A DNA stretch of 64,000 nt. It comes from Planctomycetota bacterium (GTDB lineage Bacteria > Planctomycetota > B15-G4). The translations under genes were made by a program, and so were the position numbers. Shown here piece by piece: positions 1-9,087 of the stretch. Position 1 is the stretch's first letter. Every line of letters begins with the position of its first letter. The DNA is taken from the NCBI GenBank assembly GCA_038212275.1, contig JBBQUR010000001.1:306890-370889 (forward strand). Reading direction: 5' to 3'. The notes beneath the pieces are model-generated. The model was not told where the DNA came from. It saw nothing but the letters and a program-made list of their open reading frames with translations, and did no database searches.

Positions 1-573
1 CTCCCCGGGGGCAGTGTCTCGGACGAGACCGTGTTCCACCGGCCCTCGGAGCTGATCCGCGCGCTGCGACATGGCCCGCTCGCGCCGCTCATGCTCGACA
101 AGTTCTTCGAGTCGGGCAGCAATGCCGCCGACAACGACGTGCTCTTCTGGTTCGACCGAGGCCGCTTTGACGTGGGATTCTCGCGCTGGGAGCCGGCGCT
201 CGAGGCCTTCGACAAGGCGATGTGGAAGCAGCCCGGCGACACGCTCGAGCGCGAGCACAACGCCGCGGTGCAAGGCTATCGTGCGCGCTGCCTGCTCTCG
301 CTGCACCGCAAGAAGGAAGCCGCGGCCGCCGTTTACGAAGGCCTGCAGCTCTCGCCGCGCGACGGCGTGCTGCAGCGGCTCGAGGAAAAGGTGGCGCCAC
401 GCCGCCGGCCGGGTCCGGGCCCGCGTGGCCCGCGCCAGGACGGTGGCGGCGGTGGCGGTGGCGGCGGCGAACAGCGCCGAGGCCCCCGCGAAGGGCGTCC
501 GCCGCGCGGTGAGCAGCCGGGCGCAGCGCAGCGCGGCCCGACGTCCGGCGCGACCCAGCAGCCGAGCACCTGA
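1..573 (+). CDS. TPR-containing protein, C-terminal part (5' truncated by window), with Gly/Arg/Pro-rich disordered tail
   Basis: Frame open from base 1; TPR-like helices (WFDRGR...ALEAFDKAM; YRARCLLSL...AVYEGLQLSP) followed by a low-complexity tail. Confidence 0.65.
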   Translation, partial: LPGGSVSDETVFHRPSELIRALRHGPLAPLMLDKFFESGSNAADNDVLFWFDRGRFDVGFSRWEPALEAFDKAMWKQPGDTLEREHNAAVQGYRARCLLSLHRKKEAAAAVYEGLQLSPRDGVLQRLEEKVAPRRRPGPGPRGPRQDGGGGGGGGGEQRRGPREGRPPRGEQPGAAQRGPTSGATQQPST

Positions 574-589
574 GCAGCCGAGCACGTGA
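558..589 (+). repeat. 16-bp tandem duplication spanning the stop codon (GCAGCCGAGCAC[C/G]TGA x2)
   Basis: Directly visible at 558-573 and 574-589. Confidence 0.8.
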
Positions 590-643
590 GAGCGGACCAC
601 GGCCCGCTCTCGCGTGCGCCGCGTCACGGCGCGGCTGGACGAC

Positions 644-970
644 TCACACCGAGAACGAACTGCCGCAGCCGCAGCTGCCGCTCGCGTTCGGGTTGTTGAA
701 CACGAAGCCGCGCTTCATGACGCTGTCGTTGAAGTCCACGACCGTGTTGTCGAGGTAGGGCAGGGCATCGCCGCTCAGCAGCACCTTGAGCCCGTGGAAC
801 TCCGCGACCTCGTCGTCGGGCTTGCGCTCGGCGTCGAATCCGATGACGTAGGAGAAGCCGCTGCAGCCGCCTCCGGAGACGCCGAGGCGCAGGCAGGTCG
901 CGGCATCGAGTCCCTGGTCGGACATGATGCGGCGGACTTCGGCGACGGCCTTTTCGGTGACGGTGATCAT
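644..970 (-). CDS. A-type Fe-S carrier (HesB/IscA/ErpA family)
   Basis: GGCSGFSY and C-terminal NPNASGSCGCGSSF motifs; 108 aa. Confidence 0.95.
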   Translation of the reverse strand: MITVTEKAVAEVRRIMSDQGLDAATCLRLGVSGGGCSGFSYVIGFDAERKPDDEVAEFHGLKVLLSGDALPYLDNTVVDFNDSVMKRGFVFNNPNASGSCGCGSSFSV

Positions 971-1030
971 CGGTCGTGTTCCTGGGATCGGGTGGTCGCG
1001 CGGCGGCGAACGATGGGCTGCGGTCCGCGG

Positions 1031-4000
1031 TCAGGCCAGCCGGGGCGGGGCCGCGGCAGTCGTCCCGGCATCATAGCCCGCGCGGGGGGGCTCGGCATGC
1101 CCGGGGACTCCCGGTGCGGCGGCCTGCTCGTCGCGACAGAGGTGGGCGAGCCAGCGGGCGGCCTGCTTCTCGAGCACGCTGTTGGTGGCGAGCCGCTCGT
1201 GCAGATTGCCGAAGTCCACCGCATCCAGCAGTTGGTCCTGGTTGAAGCACGAGAACACCGGCTCGACGGGCTTGCCCGTGACCGGGTCCACGTGGCGCTG
1301 CAGGCACTGCGCGCAGACCTCCTTGAGCATGCACTGCATGGGCGAGTTGATGCTGCCGATGGCTACGTGCGGACCGAGGTATGCGGCGAGGCGTTCGCGT
1401 CGCGCGTCCTTGACCGCGCGCATCATGCCGTCGCTGCCGATGACGATGAGTCGCGTGACGTCTCGCAGCGCGATCGGATTGCCCGGGAAGCGGCCGCTGC
1501 CCGCCGCCTCCATCGCGTCGACGATGTTCCCGCGGAAGAAGTGGTCCGACGGCCGGTTCACCGTGATGTCGGGGCCCGCGTCGCAGCACCAGACCACCAC
1601 GTCGGTGGCGCTCTCGATCTGGTTGCGCATGAAGACGTCGCCGGAGTTGCGATAGCCCGCGAAGTACAGCACGCGGTTGCCGGCCGACTTCAGTGCGGCG
1701 GCGATGGAGAAGAGCACGGCATTGCCGAGGCCGCCGCCCACGAGCGCGACGGTTTCACCGTGCGGAATCTCCGTCGGCGCCCCCGTGGGGCCCATGACCA
1801 CGATGCGCTCACCGGGCACGAGTCGCGCGCACAGGTTGCTGCTGCCACCCATCTCGAGCACGATCATCGACAGCAATCCGGCGTCCCTGTCGACCCACGC
1901 GCCGGTGAGCGCCAGTCCTTCCATGACCAGCGGAACGCCATGCGCTCGAGGCGCGCTGGCCACGTAGTTCTGCAGCCGGAAGAACTGGCCGGGCTGGAAG
2001 TGGCGCGCGGCAAGGGGCGCGCGCACGACGACGTCGACGATGGTGGGCGTGAGGCGGTCCACGCGCACGACCACGGGGAGGAGCAGGTCGTCGAGCGTCG
2101 CGAGCAGTCCGGCGAGCGCCTTGCGACGCTTGTCCGCCCCTGCCGGTTCCAGTGCCGCGAGCTGTTCGCGGAAGAGCGCGACCACCGACGGATAGCCCTG
2201 CTTGGCGGAGGCCATCGCCTTCACCACGTTGCCTGCGAAGACCGGGTGGTTGTCGCCATAGAAGCTGACGCGACGGTCTCCGGCGCGGTAGCTGGTGAGA
2301 AAGGCGCCTGGCTGCTTGGCGCCGTCCATGTCGAAGCACTCGAAGAATCGGCCGCGTGCATCGATCGTGAAGGTGCCGGGGTGTTCCTTCTCGTAGATCG
2401 TGTTGGGTTGCGTGCCCGCCGCGATGAACATCGAGCGCGCGGGCAGCGTCAGCGTTTCGCCCGTGCTGCGCCACCGACCCCTGTCGTCGCGCGCATGCCT
2501 GTCGAGGACGACGGCTTTCAGCGCGTCGTGCCGGTCGTCGATGGCCGACAGCGGCGACACGCCTTCGAGGAAGGCGATTCCCTCCTCGAGCGCCTTGATG
2601 ACCTCCTCGTGGTTGAGGCGATACGCGGGGCATTCGTCCAGCCCTTTTCGGTAGCAGATGGTGACGCCGCCCCAGTCGCGGAGCAGCCTCACGAAGTCGG
2701 GCGGACGATTCTCGCTCGCGGCCGCGACTCGCTCCTCGCGCAGCGCACGCGCATGGTCGAGGAAACGCGCGTGAATCTCGCGCTCCGGGCCGGACAGCCG
2801 CGACAGCACCTCGCTCTGGTCGCCGTGCGCCACTAGTTCCTCGTGGCGCGCCAGCACGCGTTCAACCTGCACCGGGTAGTAGGCGAGCAGCTCCGTGGCC
2901 GTGTCGATCGCCGTGAGGCCGCCGCCGACCACGAGTGCGGGCAGCTCCACCTGGAGATTGGCGAGCGCGTCCCGCTGGAAGGCTCCCGAGAGCTGCAGGC
3001 TCATCAGGAAATCCGATGCCTTGCGGATGCCGCGCGTCAGGTTGTTCTGCATGTCGATGACGGTGGGCCGGCCCGCACCGGTGGCCATGGCCACGTGGTG
3101 GAAGCCGAGCTGCCAGCAATCCTCGAGCGTGAGCGTGCCGCCGAAGCGAACGCCGCCGTAACAGCGGAAACCCCGGCGTCGCTCCAGCGTGAGCTGGATG
3201 AGCCGGAGGAAATTCTTGTCCCAGCGCACGGTGATGCCGTACTCGGAGACGCCTCCGAAGCCGGACGGCACGCGCTCGTCGAGGGGCACGGTGAGCGCCG
3301 ACCAGTCGCGCACGGCGGGAGGCGTGCCGCCCGCGCTGCCGACGAGCGACTCCGGCAGCGGCTCGATCTTCAGGCCATCCACTCCGACGACGGCGAAGCC
3401 CTCGTTGAGCAGGTAGTGCGCCAGCGTGTATCCGGCCGGCCCTTGCCCGACGACGAGCACGTTGAGCCCGTTGTAGGGCAGCGCGTGCGGGCGCTTGCGG
3501 TTGAGCGGATTCCAGCGCGTGAGCAGCCCGTAGACCTCGACGCCCCACGGCATGTCCAGGACGTCGGTCAGCGTGCCGGTCTCGATGCGCGGGATGTCCA
3601 CCGGCTCCTGCTGCTGAAAGATGCAGGCCTTCATGCAGTCGTTGCAGATGCGGTGGCCCGTGCCCGGACACATCGGGTTGTCGATGATGACGAGCGCGAG
3701 CGAACCGATCGGGTCGCCTTCGTCGGCGAGTTCATGCGCCTCGGAGATGCGCTCATCGAGCGGGCAGCCGCCAAGCGGAATCCCCAGCGGGTTGGCGCGC
3801 TCCTTGCCCTGCTTGTCGAGGAGTCCCTTGCTGCAGCTGTCCACACCGCGCTCGTGGCAGATCAGGCACGTGTCGAGCTGGCCGAGGCGGTCGGCCAGCG
3901 TGCCGCGATCGTCCGTGAGCGCGAATCCGTCGCGATGGCGCAGCGTGGCGTGCGGGCCGATCACCGCGCCGGGCGCCACGTCGGGTGCCGGCACGGTGGG

Positions 4001-4600
4001 GACCAGCCGGTTGAAGTCGAGCTTGTGCTGCAGGTGCAGCGACGGCCAGTCGCGATGCCGGTGCTCGCGCAGGCATGCCGCGGCCCAGCGCTCGGCAAGC
4101 ATCAGCAGCGCGTCGTCGGGGGAGGCATCCGGCGCATCGAGACGGCCGAGGACGGCATCGGCCACCGTCTGTTCGTCCAGGGATCGACCGAGGGTTGCCT
4201 GCAGTTCGGCTTCGAGCAGAACGGCGGTGTCTGCGGGTCCTTCGGCCGGTTGCCCGGCGCGGCGCGCCGCACGGGTCTTCACGAATCGCTTGCGGAAGTC
4301 GAAGCGCCGCTGCTGGCGCGTGATGCGCTCCTTGTGAGCCGCGGCCGGCGCCTCCAGGCAGAACAGGCGGACGATGAACGCGGAGACGTGACGACCGAGC
4401 GCCACAAGCAGCTCCGCCTCCGCCTTGGCAGGCAGGGCCTCGCCCGCGAGCCACGCCTCGTAACGCGAGGCCAGGGATGCGTCCGCCAGCGCCAGTTCTG
4501 CCCGGAAGGCCGCGAAGAGCCGGGCCAGTCCTTCGGGCTCATGCAGGTCGGCCGGTTGGAAGCCGGCAAATCCCAGGCGCAGGACGGTCGGTGCGGTCAC
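1031..4600 (-). CDS. Fused FAD/Fe-S oxidoreductase: GltD/NfnB(SudA)-like N-terminal part plus PyrK/NfnA(FNR)-like C-terminal part
   Basis: Cys cluster CLICH..CSKG..GCP..NPMCPGTGHRICNDCMKAC; GQGPAG FAD motif; GGGLTAIDTA NAD(P) motif; C-terminal PGQFFRL, GPTG, GGGLG and MQCMLKEVCAQC [2Fe-2S]-like motif; 1189 aa. Confidence 0.85.
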   Translation of the reverse strand: MTAPTVLRLGFAGFQPADLHEPEGLARLFAAFRAELALADASLASRYEAWLAGEALPAKAEAELLVALGRHVSAFIVRLFCLEAPAAAHKERITRQQRRFDFRKRFVKTRAARRAGQPAEGPADTAVLLEAELQATLGRSLDEQTVADAVLGRLDAPDASPDDALLMLAERWAAACLREHRHRDWPSLHLQHKLDFNRLVPTVPAPDVAPGAVIGPHATLRHRDGFALTDDRGTLADRLGQLDTCLICHERGVDSCSKGLLDKQGKERANPLGIPLGGCPLDERISEAHELADEGDPIGSLALVIIDNPMCPGTGHRICNDCMKACIFQQQEPVDIPRIETGTLTDVLDMPWGVEVYGLLTRWNPLNRKRPHALPYNGLNVLVVGQGPAGYTLAHYLLNEGFAVVGVDGLKIEPLPESLVGSAGGTPPAVRDWSALTVPLDERVPSGFGGVSEYGITVRWDKNFLRLIQLTLERRRGFRCYGGVRFGGTLTLEDCWQLGFHHVAMATGAGRPTVIDMQNNLTRGIRKASDFLMSLQLSGAFQRDALANLQVELPALVVGGGLTAIDTATELLAYYPVQVERVLARHEELVAHGDQSEVLSRLSGPEREIHARFLDHARALREERVAAASENRPPDFVRLLRDWGGVTICYRKGLDECPAYRLNHEEVIKALEEGIAFLEGVSPLSAIDDRHDALKAVVLDRHARDDRGRWRSTGETLTLPARSMFIAAGTQPNTIYEKEHPGTFTIDARGRFFECFDMDGAKQPGAFLTSYRAGDRRVSFYGDNHPVFAGNVVKAMASAKQGYPSVVALFREQLAALEPAGADKRRKALAGLLATLDDLLLPVVVRVDRLTPTIVDVVVRAPLAARHFQPGQFFRLQNYVASAPRAHGVPLVMEGLALTGAWVDRDAGLLSMIVLEMGGSSNLCARLVPGERIVVMGPTGAPTEIPHGETVALVGGGLGNAVLFSIAAALKSAGNRVLYFAGYRNSGDVFMRNQIESATDVVVWCCDAGPDITVNRPSDHFFRGNIVDAMEAAGSGRFPGNPIALRDVTRLIVIGSDGMMRAVKDARRERLAAYLGPHVAIGSINSPMQCMLKEVCAQCLQRHVDPVTGKPVEPVFSCFNQDQLLDAVDFGNLHERLATNSVLEKQAARWLAHLCRDEQAAAPGVPGHAEPPRAGYDAGTTAAAPPRLA

Positions 4601-4959
4601 GGGCTGCGGCTCCCTCGTTGCTCGGGTCCCGAAGCTGCCGGGCGCCGATCAAAGCTGTCGATTCTAGCCGAAGCGGCGGCCCCGGCGCCCCGGTTCGGGA
4701 GACGGTCCTGGCGAAGACAGCGCTCCGGTCAAGGCTGCGTGGGGAGGCGCATGGGTTCCCCGGGGGCCACGGACGCGCCGCGCCGCGACGCACCCGCACC
4801 GGAGGCGAGCAGAGGCTGGAGCGACGACGATCCTCGGAGCGCCAGAAGCGGTTCATGCCTCGGGCGCGAGCCGCCTGGGCTAGCCCGCAGGAGATCACCG
4901 GCTCACCGTCCCGTCTCCTGACCGGCCCCGCACGGCGGGGCGCGGAGATCGGGACCCGT

Positions 4960-5169
4960 CTAGCGGCGCCAGACCTTGGCGACCTCGCTGGCCTCGAAGC
5001 GGCGCTGAGTCTCGCTGGCCGGATCGATGATGACGCCTCGCTGCTGGACGGGGTTGTAGAGCATTCCGCCGCGGATGATTTCGCCATCCTTGAAGTAGAG
5101 CGTGGCGACGTCGCCGGCGTGGAGGCTCTCAAGCTTGGCGCAGAGTTCGAGGGTCGTCATGGCGGGCAT
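4960..5169 (-). CDS. Small hypothetical protein (66-69 aa), possible Sm/SH3-like beta-barrel
   Basis: Normal globular composition, unlike the shadow ORFs; AGGA upstream; start ATG 5169 or 5160; VATLYFKDGEIIRG resembles an Sm1-type strand-turn-strand. Confidence 0.55.
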   Translation of the reverse strand: MPAMTTLELCAKLESLHAGDVATLYFKDGEIIRGGMLYNPVQQRGVIIDPASETQRRFEASEVAKVWRR

Positions 5170-5408
5170 TCGTCCTGTGTAGGCGTTCGGTCCTTGCTGC
5201 ATTGGAAACCGCACACTTACGGAGATCACCTCTCAAGCGTTGCAGCACACCTGAGCGGCTGTCGTGTATCGAGTGATCGACACTTTCCGGGCACCCGACA
5301 AGCGGGCGATCGTACCAGCACACCGGCGAGTTGAATACGGTCGGACCTTCACGCCAGCTTGTTGACGCGAACGTTCAGGGGCTGAGGAAACCGTGTTGAG
5401 AACTGGTG

Positions 5409-5433
5409 CAAGTCAGCCACCCCGCATGACTTG
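5409..5433. promoter_or_regulatory. Palindrome CAAGTCA-N11-TGACTTG, candidate transcription-factor site in a divergent promoter region
   Basis: Perfect 7-bp inverted repeat in a lower-GC intergenic region between divergent genes. Confidence 0.4.
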
Positions 5434-5575
5434 AGGACACTGGGGTCTCGCTGAATGGCCTGCCGCCCATGTAAGCAATCGGTCCGTGTGATCATGCCGA
5501 GGGCTCGCACGGGATCCGCCGCGGTGCCTCGAGACGCCTTGCAGCGGCGCCGTGCGGCCGGGGATAACGGCTGCC

Positions 5576-6067
5576 ATGACCCCAAGTCCAGGCCAGATCT
5601 TTGAACTGACTCGACGCGTCGAGTTCTCCGCGGCGCACCGGCTTCACAACCCGGCCTTCAGCGACGAGCGGAATCGCCTGATCTTCGGCGTGTGCAACAA
5701 CCCGCACGGGCACGGCCACAACTACGTGCTCGACGTCACCGTGCGCGGCGTGGCGGACCCGGAGACTGGCATGGTCATGGACCTCAACCGGCTCATGGTG
5801 CTGCTGCACGAGCAGGTTTTCGCCGAACTGGACCACCGTCACCTCGATCATGACGTGCCGTGGCTTGCCGGTCGGGTGAGCACGGCGGAGCACGTGGCTG
5901 CCGCGATCTGGGATCGCCTCGCCTTGCCGCTCGCGGGCAGGCTCTTCCGCCTGAGGCTCTACGAGTCGGCCATGAACTACGTGGACTACTTCGGGCCGTC
6001 CGCCGGCCAGCGCTCGAGCGGCGATCCGGCGGGTGCGGCCGGGACGTCGTCGTCCTCGCCGACGTAG
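5576..6067 (+). CDS. 6-pyruvoyl-tetrahydropterin / 6-carboxytetrahydropterin synthase (PTPS/QueD family)
   Basis: FSAAHRL, CNNPHGHGHNY, LDHRHLD, STAE, LYES motifs; 3' end overlaps the convergent gene by 82 bp. Confidence 0.9.
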   Translation: MTPSPGQIFELTRRVEFSAAHRLHNPAFSDERNRLIFGVCNNPHGHGHNYVLDVTVRGVADPETGMVMDLNRLMVLLHEQVFAELDHRHLDHDVPWLAGRVSTAEHVAAAIWDRLALPLAGRLFRLRLYESAMNYVDYFGPSAGQRSSGDPAGAAGTSSSSPT

Positions 6068-7482
6068 TTCAACTGCAGCAACTGCTGCCGCGTGGCCTCA
6101 TCGATGACGACGTTGCCGCCGGCATCACCTGCATCGAGACGCGCCCTGAGCGAGAAGATCTCGGCGAGCTGACGATACAGCGCCGCGTCGGCATCGCCTG
6201 CGAAGGGAGCATCCCGGCCCAGGTCGTGACGCTCGGCGGCATCGGCGCGCAGGTCGTACTCCTCCAGCGTGCGCGGTTCGCCGCGGAAGATCGTCGCGCT
6301 GGAAGGAGTGCGCAGAGTGGCCATGTACTCGTTCGGGAACATCGTCCGCTCGGCGAGGATCGGCTGGTCCGTCGTGCGCCCGGACGCGAGCGATGCGATC
6401 AACGAGTGTCCGGTCATCGTGTCCGGTCCGGGGATGCCCAGCAGTTCGAGCAGCGTGGGCATGACGTCGAGCAGGCTGGCCTGGCCGGCGACGCGCGTGC
6501 CGCCCAGCCGCCCTCCCGGCAGATGCACGATGAGCGGCACGTGCAGGTGCTCGCGATAGAGCTGGTCGTGCTCGTAGTGCCCGTGCTCCGCAAACTCCTC
6601 ACCGTGATCCGAGAGCACGATGACGATCATCCGGTCGAACACGCCGAGCATCCGCAGCGCGCCGAAGAGCCGGCCGATCTGCGCGTCCGTGTAGGCCACT
6701 TCACCGTCGTAGAGATCCGACAGATAGGCAGTGTCTTCGGGCCCGAACCGGTCCACGTCGGCCCAGAAGCTGCTGAACATCGCGCCCCATTGCTCCTGGA
6801 AGGGACGGTCCTCGATCGCCAGGACGCTTCGGCCCACGAGCCCGCGCGGTTCAGGTGCGAACCGGTCGCGGTATTCCTTCGGCGGCAGGTAGGGGCCGTG
6901 CACCTGATAGGTATGCATGAAGAGGAACATCGGCTCCGGCTGCGCGAGACCCGCTTCGGCAGCCGCGAGCGTCCGGTCCACGATGACCGAGATGTCCTCG
7001 GTCTCGGACCTGAACCGGGACTCGAAGCCGCGATCGAAGCCCATGGCGCCGAGCAGGTTTGCGCCGCAGGCGACGCCGGCATTCCAGTATCCGGCTCGTT
7101 TCAGGACCTGCGGAAAGGTCAGGCGGTTGTGGCCCAGCTGATGGACGGGCAGCTTCAGCCGCGCTGAGGCATTGCTCACGCCGTGAGCCGACACCGGCAG
7201 CGACGTGAACAGGCTCATGTGCGACTCGGCCGTCTTGCAGGACGTCGAGTACACCTCGTCGAACACCACGCTCTCGCCGGCGAACTCGTCGAGGTTCGGA
7301 GACGTGCCGCGGGTGTAGCCGTAACAGCCGAGGCGGTCCGCACGCAGCGTGTCGATCGAGATCAGCAGCACGGGCGCGCCCGGAAAGACGAGCGGAGCTT
7401 CGACCGGTGCTCCGTCCCCGCAGGCCGTCAGCAGGAGCGTGGCCAGCCAGAGTCCGGCGAGGCACGCCGGCATGCGCTTCAT
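5986..7482 (-). CDS. Sulfatase-like (alkaline phosphatase superfamily) lipoprotein
   Basis: LTAC lipobox; ISIDTLRAD, HTYQVHGPY, YDGEV, LSDHGEEF, HVPL motifs; lacks C/S-x-P-x-R. Confidence 0.85.
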   Translation of the reverse strand: MKRMPACLAGLWLATLLLTACGDGAPVEAPLVFPGAPVLLISIDTLRADRLGCYGYTRGTSPNLDEFAGESVVFDEVYSTSCKTAESHMSLFTSLPVSAHGVSNASARLKLPVHQLGHNRLTFPQVLKRAGYWNAGVACGANLLGAMGFDRGFESRFRSETEDISVIVDRTLAAAEAGLAQPEPMFLFMHTYQVHGPYLPPKEYRDRFAPEPRGLVGRSVLAIEDRPFQEQWGAMFSSFWADVDRFGPEDTAYLSDLYDGEVAYTDAQIGRLFGALRMLGVFDRMIVIVLSDHGEEFAEHGHYEHDQLYREHLHVPLIVHLPGGRLGGTRVAGQASLLDVMPTLLELLGIPGPDTMTGHSLIASLASGRTTDQPILAERTMFPNEYMATLRTPSSATIFRGEPRTLEEYDLRADAAERHDLGRDAPFAGDADAALYRQLAEIFSLRARLDAGDAGGNVVIDEATRQQLLQLNYVGEDDDVPAAPAGSPLERWPADGPK

Positions 7483-8231
7483 CGCGCGCTGCGTGCTCCC
7501 AGCAGCATGTGGGCAAGCAGCAGCGCTGCCAGGACCAGGCTGCCCGTGATCGGCAGGCTGAGCCAGTCGATCGGTTCGGCGACGCTGGCGCTGGACGGGG
7601 CACGCACGGCACGGCCGTCCCGGCCTGCCGCGGAGTTCGTCGGCGCGCCGGCGGGTGGCGCCTCGCGCTTCAGGCGGATCGACTGGATCGCCTGCATGAG
7701 TTCCGGCTGAACGATCGCCCAGTCAGCTGCATAGGCCTGGAGACTCACCATCGCGAATTTGTTCCGGTCCGGTACGTACACCACCGTCTTGCGCATGGGC
7801 ACACCTGCCTGATTCTTGAACGACCCCTCGAGGCGGAATCCGCCGATCGGGGGCTTCACGGCTTCGGTGATTTCCACAGTCATGCCGGTCTTGCCGTAGG
7901 CCTCGATGAGCTCCTCGGAATTCCGGTAGGGCGGCGGCCCGTCGAACACGTGCACATCCATCTGGCGGTTGTACGGGCTGGTGCCATCCACCCAGAAATA
8001 GTGGTGCGAGAAGAGCTCGCCGTCGACGGCCTCATCGCGCGGCACGTTGCGCGCGGCCTCCTCGGAGACGTTCATGATGAGGGCGCGATGCGCAGGCGTC
8101 ACCTCCTGCAATCCTTCCGGGACCGACACTTCGAGCCCGAAGTCGGGATCGGTGAACGACGATTGCGCCCGCAGCGTGCCGGAGGCGCCGGCGAGGCCGG
8201 CCAGGAGCAGCAAGACGATGGGAATGCGCAT
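7479..8231 (-). CDS. Hypothetical exported protein with C-terminal membrane anchor (possible PsbP/DcrB-like fold)
   Basis: Signal peptide MRIPIVLLLLAGLAGA; FTDPDFGLEVSVPEG start; C-terminal hydrophobic helix; 4-bp overlap with the sulfatase-like gene. Confidence 0.65.
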   Translation of the reverse strand: MRIPIVLLLLAGLAGASGTLRAQSSFTDPDFGLEVSVPEGLQEVTPAHRALIMNVSEEAARNVPRDEAVDGELFSHHYFWVDGTSPYNRQMDVHVFDGPPPYRNSEELIEAYGKTGMTVEITEAVKPPIGGFRLEGSFKNQAGVPMRKTVVYVPDRNKFAMVSLQAYAADWAIVQPELMQAIQSIRLKREAPPAGAPTNSAAGRDGRAVRAPSSASVAEPIDWLSLPITGSLVLAALLLAHMLLGARSAR

Positions 8232-8409
8232 CGGAAGGTCCTGCAGGGTGGCGCTGGATCGGTGGAAGCATAGAGCACGATGAGCCTGGGTCACAGCCCG
8301 CGAGCCGCCCGCGGCGCGTGTTTCCGGCGTGCCTCGTGTCGGCTGTGGAGGGCCGGTGCCTGCATTCCCGTGTCGTCGGCGCGGCGCACGTCCTTAGAAT
8401 GCGCCGCCG

Positions 8410-9087
8410 ATGAACTCGTTGCTTGCACTCGCCATCGCTTACGTTGCGGGCAGCCTCTCGTTTGCGACGATCGTCGCGCGCAGTCGCGGAGTGGACATCC
8501 GCAAGCAGGGGAGCGGCAACCCGGGGGCGACCAACGTAGGGCGGGTGCTGGGCCGCCGCTGGGGGCATCTGGTCCTCGTGCTGGATATCCTCAAGGGGCT
8601 GCTGCCCGTGCTTTTTCTGCGGGCTTTCCCGGGCTGGGTGGATGACGGCCGCGCTCCGATCGCCGCCGCGGTCGTGATCGGTCACGTGTTTCCGATCTTC
8701 TCGCCGCTCCACGGCGGCAAGGGAGTGGCCACGTTTCTCGGCGCCGGTCTCGGCATCGACTGGGTGCTCACGCTCATTGCTCTCGCCGTGCATTTCGGCG
8801 TTCGCCGGGCGACCGGCTACGTCTCCGTCGCATCGGTCGCGATGGCGTGGTCGCTGCCCGTATCGCAGTGGATCGCGCGTAGTCTCGGCTTGTCGGAGAC
8901 CGTGAACACGGCCGGCGCCCCCGTGCTTGCGGGACTCGCGCTGGTGATCACGTTGCGTCACGCGAGCAATTTCGTGAGGATTCGTGCCGGCAGCGAATCC
9001 CGGATCGGTCGGCCGTCGCCGCACCCCGGCCAGTCCGGGGACTCTGCGCCGACGTCGGAGAAACCCATGCACAAGGGAAAGCACTGA
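8410..9087 (+). CDS. plsY: Glycerol-3-phosphate acyltransferase PlsY
   Basis: GSGNPGATN, GHVFP, GGKGVAT, HASN motifs. Confidence 0.95.
   Translation: MNSLLALAIAYVAGSLSFATIVARSRGVDIRKQGSGNPGATNVGRVLGRRWGHLVLVLDILKGLLPVLFLRAFPGWVDDGRAPIAAAVVIGHVFPIFSPLHGGKGVATFLGAGLGIDWVLTLIALAVHFGVRRATGYVSVASVAMAWSLPVSQWIARSLGLSETVNTAGAPVLAGLALVITLRHASNFVRIRAGSESRIGRPSPHPGQSGDSAPTSEKPMHKGKH

Noticed and set aside
3855..3872. CxxCH (CLICH) in the large oxidoreductase as a c-type heme site
   Set aside because: No signal peptide; the Cys residues belong to the GltD-type Fe-S motif
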